IMG/VR virus record: IMGVR_UViG_3300020718_000009
Coordinates: 39,299-103,298 of that record
Source: a virus
Taxonomy: Duplodnaviria > Caudoviricetes
Reading direction: 5' to 3' (one strand)
DNA length: 64,000 bases
The translations under genes were made by a program, and so were the position numbers. Of this stretch, positions 56,900-64,000 are shown in pieces; positions within the stretch are counted from its first letter, which is position 1, and every line of letters begins with the position of its first letter. Below the pieces are notes generated by a model, which saw only the letters and a list, made by a program, of their open reading frames with translations, was not told the DNA's origin and ran no database searches.

Positions 56900-57966
56900 T
56901 GAAATTACGATTAATTGGACAAGCAAATGATTCGGGAATTGGTACCCATTTTTATAATTATGTTACAGCCCTGCGACAAATTAAAGGCGTTGACGACATA
57001 ATTGAATTAGTTAATTTTCAGGATTACGATGCCATAAAGCATGCCGCACAAATTAGTCAGCCCAACGATGTTAATATATCTTTTGTTTGTAATAATTTAA
57101 ATGATTTATTTAAAGGCGTTAATATTAATTGGGCAGTTAGTGAATCAACAGTAATTCCTGAAACATTAATGACGGTATTACGCACACACGATTTATGGAT
57201 CCCGTCCGAGTGGGGTCGTAAAATTGCCATTGAAAATGGCATCGATTCCAATAAAATAGAAGTAGTTCCCGAAGGAGTTGACGGCGGATTATTTCATCCA
57301 TATTTACAATTAAAAGAAAATAGACCATTTAGATTTTTATTAATTGGAAAATATGAACGGCGTAAAAGTTTTAATGAAACGATTGAAGCATTTAATAGTG
57401 AATTCAATAATAATTCGTCAGTTGAATTAATAATTAAAACGGATTTCTTTCGTAATCAAGAAGAAAAATACGCTGAATTACAGGCAAAAATCGCACTATA
57501 CAATACCAATAATATTAAATTAATTTGGGGTTATCAAACCACTGAACAATTAGCAGAATTATATCGTACAGCAGATGTTTTTGTCATGCCTACCAAAGCA
57601 GAAGGTTGGGGATTGCCATTAATTGAAGCAGCCGCTTCAGGACTGCCCATAATTACTACCTATTATTCAGCACAAACAGAATTCCTACAAGATATTAAAT
57701 CTTCTTGTGTATTTGTCAATTATGAATTACAACCAATTGACTGTCTTGAATATCAAGAATTTTATCATACTCCCAATGGCAATTACGGCAAGTGGGCTGT
57801 TACTACTGTAGATGAAGTTGCTAAAGCAATGCGTCATGCCTACACTAATTATTCGGCATTAAATGCTCAAGCCATTAAAAATAGCGAAATAATTAGAACT
57901 CGCTGGTCTTGGGCTAATTGCGCTATAAAATCCTTAGAAATCCTCAAAAAACGCGGTTTGTTGTAA
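56899..57966 (+). CDS. GT-B glycosyltransferase (GT4-like)
   Basis: PSEW, VPEGVD, RK, and EGWGLPLIEAAASGLPII. Confidence 0.88.
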   Translation: MKLRLIGQANDSGIGTHFYNYVTALRQIKGVDDIIELVNFQDYDAIKHAAQISQPNDVNISFVCNNLNDLFKGVNINWAVSESTVIPETLMTVLRTHDLWIPSEWGRKIAIENGIDSNKIEVVPEGVDGGLFHPYLQLKENRPFRFLLIGKYERRKSFNETIEAFNSEFNNNSSVELIIKTDFFRNQEEKYAELQAKIALYNTNNIKLIWGYQTTEQLAELYRTADVFVMPTKAEGWGLPLIEAAASGLPIITTYYSAQTEFLQDIKSSCVFVNYELQPIDCLEYQEFYHTPNGNYGKWAVTTVDEVAKAMRHAYTNYSALNAQAIKNSEIIRTRWSWANCAIKSLEILKKRGLL

Positions 57967-58069
57967 GAAAACAACGAACTTAGGGCGTGTGAGTCAATGT
58001 CTACAAGGCTCAAAAATCATAACCGTAGCCGATATTTTGGTTGACGCTAAATTCAGCCGAGCTTATACT
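57960..58069 (+). promoter_or_regulatory. Operator + sigma70 promoter
   Basis: GTTGT-N6-ACAAC 57960-57975; TTGACG-17-TATACT 58041-58069. Confidence 0.75.
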
Positions 58070-58098
58070 TGCATTATAGTAAACAAACAGGAGCAAAA

Positions 58099-58374
58099 AT
58101 GTTAAAATTTGAAAACGTAGCTACAGTTGGTGACTACATTCGTGCTTATGATTTTAAACCCATGCGTGGTCGTATGGATAGTTATGTAGAAGGTGTTGTG
58201 TTAGAAGTTACTAACTCACAAGGCTACAAGGCTTTTAAAATCAAAGTAAAAAATGATGTGTTCGGTGGCGAAATGGATGAAAGCGACGCTAGCCGCAACG
58301 GTAAAGAAGTGTTTGTTCCGATGGAAGTAAGTTTTATGGAATATGACGCTCGCATTATGAATTTATCGGAATAA
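58099..58374 (+). CDS. Early hypothetical protein (SH3-like)
   Basis: AGGAG RBS; VGDYIRAYDF. Confidence 0.75.
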   Translation: MLKFENVATVGDYIRAYDFKPMRGRMDSYVEGVVLEVTNSQGYKAFKIKVKNDVFGGEMDESDASRNGKEVFVPMEVSFMEYDARIMNLSE

Positions 58375-58492
58375 GGCTGTAATGGGGTCGTGCGATCCTT
58401 GGGGAGCCTTGATACCCCAGAAACTTGCAGTCGCTTTTTGCTGGTTTTTGACTTAAAATAAAAACTAGCATTTATTAATAAAAGGAGTTGAT

Positions 58493-58687
58493 ATGAAATA
58501 CAATAGACAAAAACATGTATTACAAGTAGCTGACGCAATCTGTGAAGATCTTGGTTATGACAATTACACAGACCTCGATGCTGAAGACATTGATTATATT
58601 GCTATGGAAGTTCAGTGTAACTACGTAGGTGTTTGTGAAATACTGAACATCCCATTACCCGCATCACTTGGTCCAGTTGCAGCTTAA
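58493..58687 (+). CDS. Small acidic hypothetical protein
   Basis: AAGGAG RBS. Confidence 0.7.
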   Translation: MKYNRQKHVLQVADAICEDLGYDNYTDLDAEDIDYIAMEVQCNYVGVCEILNIPLPASLGPVAA

Positions 58688-58698
58688 TAAGGAAAATT

Positions 58699-58875
58699 AT
58701 GAATAACACAGAATTTAAACAAAGCCTAAGAGCTTTGCCGTTAAAAGAAATTACTAGCAAAATTGATTACTATAAAGGTTTTGAACCTCGTGGTGTAAAC
58801 TATGAAAATATGTTAAATCTTTATGAAGCTGAATTAGAACGTAGATTTTTATCTTGGGAGGCTTGTACAGTATGA
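58699..58875 (+). CDS. 58-aa hypothetical protein (not in ORF track)
   Basis: AAGGA RBS; MNNTEFKQSL. Confidence 0.6.
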   Translation: MNNTEFKQSLRALPLKEITSKIDYYKGFEPRGVNYENMLNLYEAELERRFLSWEACTV

Positions 58876-59273
58876 TGAAAGCTGGCACTTATTATATCGG
58901 GGATCTTTGCTATGTTATGCATGATCGTTGGGACGAGTTTTGCTCGTTAACTTGTAGCGACAATAATGTATTAGATGGTGAGTTTAATCTCAAAGATGGT
59001 ACTCGCTTTGCTACATTTACTACCAAATATGGTGATGGTGTTTATAGGGATGAACAAGGAAACAAGTATCCTGTAGATGCTGGCTTAATTGGCTGTGTCA
59101 ATGTCAAAGATATTGCGCCCGATGAGTTACAAAATCTAAGCAGTGGTCGTGTGATTGAATTCGTACAAGACTTCAGTACATTTTCAGCAGGCGGTGTTAT
59201 TAGAATTGGTAGTGTAGTTATTGATACCAGTGACGAGAATATTGAAGAAGAGGAAGAAGATGAAATTTACTAA
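58872..59273 (+). CDS. Hypothetical protein
   Basis: GTYYIGDLCYV; TKYGDG; VDAGLIG. Confidence 0.75.
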   Translation: MMKAGTYYIGDLCYVMHDRWDEFCSLTCSDNNVLDGEFNLKDGTRFATFTTKYGDGVYRDEQGNKYPVDAGLIGCVNVKDIAPDELQNLSSGRVIEFVQDFSTFSAGGVIRIGSVVIDTSDENIEEEEEDEIY

Positions 59274-59604
59274 TGATGCCAATGTTAATATGACCAGCTC
59301 TAAAGGCGAGTTTCCTATTACATACTCTGAGCTTGTAGAGATTTTTGGTCGACCTAAATACGGTCCAAATGACCATAACTTAGATAAAACTACCTGTGAA
59401 TGGGCTCTTACTTTTGAAGACGAAACTATTGCTACCATTTATGATTATAAAGTAGGATATACACCGATGGGAGAATATGAATGGCATATTGGTGGGCACG
59501 ACGCTAAAGCATACACTCATATAGTGGATTGTATTATCCAACACAGAGACCGACTGGTTAAAATGGTTCGTGATTACAAACCCAGTGAGCGTGTAACAGG
59601 ATGA
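59260..59604 (+). CDS. Hypothetical protein
   Basis: FG.P...DKT.CEW...ATIYDYK...WHIGG. Confidence 0.75.
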   Translation: MKFTNDANVNMTSSKGEFPITYSELVEIFGRPKYGPNDHNLDKTTCEWALTFEDETIATIYDYKVGYTPMGEYEWHIGGHDAKAYTHIVDCIIQHRDRLVKMVRDYKPSERVTG

Positions 59605-59969
59605 AAATCTTACAAGAAACTACTGATTGGGAAGTACCAAATCACACTTACTTTGTAACAGATGGCAAAGATAAAATGTTTGCTTATGTTAAAGCAAGTG
59701 GAGACGAAGTTCAAGAGTTTACCAAACCAATTCCGTTTAGCACTAGCCATCGCAAGTTTAAAGAAATAGATAATACTTGGAATTTTAAACCTCGAGAAGA
59801 AGTTGTAGAAGCTAAACCTGGAAAAGAATATCGTGTTCCTGGATCAGCAGGCAATATCTATACTGTAACAGATGATGCGGGAGCATGGTCGTGTAATTGT
59901 CCTGCTTCCAAGTGGCAGAAGGGTGATTGCAAGCATATTAAAGAACTCAAACTAAGTCAAACAGTATAA
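59601..59969 (+). CDS. SWIM zinc-finger protein
   Basis: GS.G..Y.V...WSCNCP...CKHI. Confidence 0.8.
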   Translation: MKILQETTDWEVPNHTYFVTDGKDKMFAYVKASGDEVQEFTKPIPFSTSHRKFKEIDNTWNFKPREEVVEAKPGKEYRVPGSAGNIYTVTDDAGAWSCNCPASKWQKGDCKHIKELKLSQTV

Positions 59970-60618
59970 TTTCTGATTCAACGGGATTTGTTATCTCGAG
60001 AAAAGTTTCTTGTTCAAAACTTAATCCATCTCCTTCTACAACATCAATACCGTTTATCTGTGCTTGACCGGTGACAACGTACAAGTAATAGTGTCTTTCT
60101 GTTTGTAAGAATTGCATAAAATAATCAGTGAAGATACCTGCTAGTAGTTTAGCGTCTTGTTTGATAGGCAATCGTTCAGTAATATCACAAAAGCGATTTA
60201 ATTTATCTTCTCGGGTAAACTGATACCAGTCATGTGTTGGTTCAGTATCTAGTATGTTAGGTCGAATCCATAACTGTAAGTAACGGTTAGGAGTATCGGC
60301 AGTATTGCCTTCTGTGTGCCATATGCCGGTGCCAGCACTCATACGCTGAACGGCGCCAGCCGGAACTTCTACATCGTTGCCTAAACTGTCCACATGATGG
60401 GAGGAGCCTTCTACCACATAGCCAAAGATTTCCATGTTCTTGTGTTCATGCCAAGGTACTTGCCAAGCATATTGAACCCGATCATCATTGATAGTTTGTA
60501 AATGGCTATAGTTCATATATCGACTATCGTAATATGCGGGAAAGCTAAATGTTCGGTAGCTGGTGATAAAGCTGGCTCGAACATTGCCTCTGGTATTAGC
60601 GGGCCTTAACGTAATCAT
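59947..60618 (-). CDS. Pirin-family (YhhW-like) cupin
   Basis: INDD.V, H.H.NMEI.GYV, H.DSLGN, MSAGTGI.H.E and LQLWI. Confidence 0.9.
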   Translation of the reverse strand: MITLRPANTRGNVRASFITSYRTFSFPAYYDSRYMNYSHLQTINDDRVQYAWQVPWHEHKNMEIFGYVVEGSSHHVDSLGNDVEVPAGAVQRMSAGTGIWHTEGNTADTPNRYLQLWIRPNILDTEPTHDWYQFTREDKLNRFCDITERLPIKQDAKLLAGIFTDYFMQFLQTERHYYLYVVTGQAQINGIDVVEGDGLSFEQETFLEITNPVESEIILFDLV

Positions 60619-60628
60619 CGGTTACAAT

Positions 60629-61117
60629 TTAACACCAGTTGTTGGCATAGATTAATGTTGTAAGTGGATAGTATGGTGTAAAGGTAGCTGGGAATGTAAA
60701 TGCGCCTGTCTGTGTTGGTCCATTAATACCACCAGTTTGCCACTGTGTATCAGCTTGATCAATTAGTGAAAAGGCCAAAGTGTTGACTCCATTGGCGTCA
60801 AGCCCCACTCGTGCTATACTGGTACCACCTGTGGTCCAGGTAACATTCCAAGCATACGCATAAATTGGATCCATGCTGGCCAAAGTCATTGCGGCTGTAA
60901 TCTGATCATGAAGTGCTGGTGATATAGTATAACAAATACCATTGTATACTTGTGTGCCGTCAGAAGTAAATCCTGCTGAACTGTAAGAACTATATCCACT
61001 ATAGAGTAATGTATTAAATGTAATATCCCCTGGATTTACTCTAAATGACGTAGTTGCGCCAATGCCAATGCCACCGCCTATTTGTATTCCTGGTCCTATT
61101 TGTATTGGTGCTGTCAT
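60629..61117 (-). CDS. Virion accessory protein with IGxGIxIG leader
   Basis: IGPGIQIGGGI N-terminus; beta-rich. Confidence 0.6.
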   Translation of the reverse strand: MTAPIQIGPGIQIGGGIGIGATTSFRVNPGDITFNTLLYSGYSSYSSAGFTSDGTQVYNGICYTISPALHDQITAAMTLASMDPIYAYAWNVTWTTGGTSIARVGLDANGVNTLAFSLIDQADTQWQTGGINGPTQTGAFTFPATFTPYYPLTTLIYANNWC

Positions 61118-62172
61118 GATATTGTTTCCTTTATTATCTGCTGATTAGCGTCTGTGTACTTTAGTCGCTGTGTGTATCGTTTAATAGCCGCTAATGGTAT
61201 TGTTTGTTCTGTTAATCGTAAACCATGAATCCAACGCTGATCTATACCAACAAACTCATTATGGTTGCGTAGCTGACGAGAGTCTTTAACAAACTTCATA
61301 TTATCAATAGGATAAATGTTATTATAACGCATACTGGTTAAAATACCATCAGCGTATAGATTTAAGTGATACTCGGTAATTATATTGTAATAGTTGACAG
61401 TATCAATCATAATACACTTGTCAACCAATGTTACCTCATTGCCTAGCACATTAACAGTTGTAGTGCCAATAGGAGTATCATCAGTCATTGGGTAAGTAAA
61501 TGCTCCGGTTTCTTTATTAAAGATTCTGTGCTGTTCAATAGTTTTAAGTGTAGATCCATCACTAAACGTCAGTAAGTTATACTGTGTGGTGGTTTCTTTT
61601 TGTTTGATCCATAACGGTTTGGCTGAAGCAAATACACCGTTATCAAAATCCCAAACTTTAATCAAGTCTGACATTAGAATGTTTTCAATAGGTTTTGTAC
61701 TTTGATCCGCTAGTGTAATCAATGTTCCTTCAGCTAAACAAATAGTAGGAACCCAAGTCAGTACTGTAGGACTATACGATATGCCTGCTGAATTGATGGC
61801 ATATGCTACAGCATTGATAGATTCATATAGAAATTCACTGGCGTTAAAACCAACTGTTTGTGATCCGGTTATTCCAGTAAGTATTGGATTGGCACAATTA
61901 TCCCCGCTTCGTACAGCTTTTCTTTCTGCAGTAGTGCTAGTAGTCACACAACTATCCACGCTGATAGCGTAAGTTGTCTGCCCAGGCAATCCCCAAATGA
62001 CTCCAGCTTCAATTATGGGGCTACCACCATCACTGGTTATGTTAAATGTAACGGAAGCAAATGGTTGACCAAATGTATGTCCCGTGATATCTAATTGGGG
62101 AATAGTTGCCTGTTCATTTGTAATTGAAATATTACCACCTATTGTGATTCCTTGCCCTATTGTCATTGTCAT
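61114..62172 (-). CDS. Virion accessory protein with Ig/FN3-like and Hint domains
   Basis: IGQGITIGGNI leader; SDGGSPI...AYAINSAG.SY; CLAEGTLITLAD...YNI...LYADGILT. Confidence 0.75.
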   Translation of the reverse strand: MTMTIGQGITIGGNISITNEQATIPQLDITGHTFGQPFASVTFNITSDGGSPIIEAGVIWGLPGQTTYAISVDSCVTTSTTAERKAVRSGDNCANPILTGITGSQTVGFNASEFLYESINAVAYAINSAGISYSPTVLTWVPTICLAEGTLITLADQSTKPIENILMSDLIKVWDFDNGVFASAKPLWIKQKETTTQYNLLTFSDGSTLKTIEQHRIFNKETGAFTYPMTDDTPIGTTTVNVLGNEVTLVDKCIMIDTVNYYNIITEYHLNLYADGILTSMRYNNIYPIDNMKFVKDSRQLRNHNEFVGIDQRWIHGLRLTEQTIPLAAIKRYTQRLKYTDANQQIIKETIS

Positions 62173-62184
62173 AATTTATTTTCC

Positions 62185-62907
62185 CTATAGTCCAAAGCGT
62201 GCCTTGTAGTGTTTGAAGTTTTGATTGGCTTCTGCGTCAGTTAAGGCACGGTTGTATACATTGACCACAGCCATTTTGGCATTTACTGTATCACTGCCGT
62301 CCCAGCGTTTACCAATATAAAATTGTTGTAAAGCACTACTACCGTTAGGAGCAGAGCCACCTCCAAAATTGCCCGGAGCATAACTTACTGCTCCGTTAAT
62401 GTAGTCTTTGTATTCGCCTGCGCCCACGGCCATGATGATGTTATACCAAGTAGATCCATCATGTGTTAGTGCTGTTGGCACATTGTTGGTGGCATATTGC
62501 CCTTGCCAGTTGGTAGTGTACCAGCCAGTTTGTAGATAATTACCGGCGGCATTTATTGTAAAGTTAAAGTTGCCAGAAAAGTCATCGGATATCAAGCAAG
62601 GAGATGTATATATCTGACTAGCAGTAAAGTTAAACCATATGTCCAAGGTATATGTAGGTTGGAATGTGGGCCAAGGCACAGTAAAGTATTGAACAGACAG
62701 AGCATCCAACACAAAGGTTCCGCCATTGGTTGAACTCCAAGCTGGTGCGTTTGAAGGAACAGCATTGACCCCGCTTACCGTATCGATCCAGTTGCCTGAA
62801 CCAGAATAGGTAGCCGCATCAAAATTCAACAACAATCCACTGGTCACCAACGGCGGTGTTGTGTATATTCCTGATCCGACGGTTATGCCTGCTCCTATTT
62901 GTGGCAT
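62185..62907 (-). CDS. LamG/concanavalin-A-like lectin virion protein
   Basis: SGLLLNFDA..YSGSG.W.D; YING; FYIG; YNRALT.AE..QNF....RFGL. Confidence 0.8.
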   Translation of the reverse strand: MPQIGAGITVGSGIYTTPPLVTSGLLLNFDAATYSGSGNWIDTVSGVNAVPSNAPAWSSTNGGTFVLDALSVQYFTVPWPTFQPTYTLDIWFNFTASQIYTSPCLISDDFSGNFNFTINAAGNYLQTGWYTTNWQGQYATNNVPTALTHDGSTWYNIIMAVGAGEYKDYINGAVSYAPGNFGGGSAPNGSSALQQFYIGKRWDGSDTVNAKMAVVNVYNRALTDAEANQNFKHYKARFGL

Positions 62908-62910
62908 GGT

Positions 62911-64000
62911 TTAACCTATATACCAGTTAGCGCCATCCGACCACACAGGTACGACGTTTGATCCGCCTGTGCCAATTTGTGATCCAAAGTTACCTATAGC
63001 TACTAAGTTGCCATCGTTGACAAATGCTCGTCCGCCTGCTACGGCAGTTAAGTTAGCTAGAGCAGTTGGAGTTGTAACGATTCTACTAGCACCAGTAACA
63101 TTACCACCACTCATAATAAGATCGCCACCTGCGCCCGCTGTATTGAAACTGGCACCAGTGATGTCACCGGTAGCACTTAAATTAGCACCTATTATATTGC
63201 CTTCCGCGCTAATGCTACCACCCATACCAGTAATGGAAGACATTGTAAGATTTCCACCTTCCATTGTAAGGCCATTAACACTATAAATGTTAGCGCCATA
63301 TGCAAAGATGTTACCACTTAAACTGATATTGCCTGCGGATATATTGGCAGCATTTACATTACCGCTTATGTTGGCATCACTAATAATATTACCTGATAAA
63401 CTTAGATTAGCGGCATTAATATTGCCTGATAAGTTAGCACCAATAGCATTAAGATATCCACCAAGGCCAGTAATTTGATTAATATTAATATTACCAGCAT
63501 TAGAAGTAATGCCTGTTACTGTGTTAATTAATAGTCCAGAGGCTGTAATGTTACCAACGGCACTAATATTGCCAGGAGTAGTTAAATTACCAGTATTATC
63601 AAATGACCAAGTATTTGAGCCAGCAGTAATTTGTGTTGTACCCGGACTAGTGATAAGTGCCCCAACATTTCCTTGAACAACAATATCAGTATCTACGTAG
63701 ATCTGTGAAGCGTCAGGCCAAGCAATACTTTGTGACATATTAACAGCATACAGATTTGCACTGCCGGAAGCTGATAGTGTTACAGCACTAATAACATTGG
63801 CCCCAGTGATATTACCTGTTGATCCAGTAGTTGTTATATTACCAGCAGTAATATTACCAGTGGCACTAACATTACCAAAGATTTCAACGCCATCTGATGC
63901 TATTTGTTGTATGACATTGGCTTGCGCTGTATTACCAACAAACATTTTAATTAGGCCGTCAGTACTTCCTAGTATTAAATTACCTGGACCAAAACTAGTA
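62911..64000 (-). CDS. Tail fibre-like protein, 5' end beyond window
   Basis: Frame open to base 64000; GNI(T/S)A repeats; C-terminal GGRAFVND...VPVWSDG.NWYIG. Confidence 0.7.
   Translation of the reverse strand, partial: TSFGPGNLILGSTDGLIKMFVGNTAQANVIQQIASDGVEIFGNVSATGNITAGNITTTGSTGNITGANVISAVTLSASGSANLYAVNMSQSIAWPDASQIYVDTDIVVQGNVGALITSPGTTQITAGSNTWSFDNTGNLTTPGNISAVGNITASGLLINTVTGITSNAGNININQITGLGGYLNAIGANLSGNINAANLSLSGNIISDANISGNVNAANISAGNISLSGNIFAYGANIYSVNGLTMEGGNLTMSSITGMGGSISAEGNIIGANLSATGDITGASFNTAGAGGDLIMSGGNVTGASRIVTTPTALANLTAVAGGRAFVNDGNLVAIGNFGSQIGTGGSNVVPVWSDGANWYIG

Noticed and set aside
61114-61745. Canonical splicing intein
   Set aside because: The Hint domain lacks the terminal His-Asn and an endonuclease; treated as a cleavage-type Hint instead

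Overview
This 64-kb window is part of a large, AT-rich tailed dsDNA phage genome (jumbo/T4-like), not a cellular chromosome. It uses the standard genetic code and is almost entirely encoded on the + strand. Host-like genes (dnaK, clpX/P/S, aceA, iscA, nrdAB) suggest a proteobacterial host, probably a freshwater betaproteobacterium (inference). Layout: (1) replication genes (mini-DnaE, primase, DnaB/gp41-type helicase, exonuclease, NrdA/NrdB/Grx, ATP-dependent ligase) mixed with late virion genes behind (A/C/T)TAA(A/G)TA late-promoter boxes; (2) host-derived genes: isocitrate lyase inside the nrdAB operon, IscA, a CDGSH-like protein, a ClpX-bS21-AdoMetDC-DnaK-Hsp20-ClpS cluster, two ClpP-family proteases, UvsE, a GNAT, a fatty-acid desaturase, a phasin-like protein, heme oxygenase and pirin; (3) an accessory region (about 46-60 kb) with many strong sigma70 promoters; (4) a minus-strand tail-accessory operon running off the window end. 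The best candidates for undescribed biology are: a carbon-storage/lipid module whose promoters carry PhaR-type TGC-N3/4-GCA palindromes, read together with aceA; an array of micro-genes joined by a conserved 19-bp DNA junction; three ROSE-like RNA thermometers; a GTTGY-N6-ACAAC operator repeated before six promoters; and a ParB/Srx(DGQQH)+HNH+HNH operon. All functional calls come from motif recognition by eye, with no database searches.
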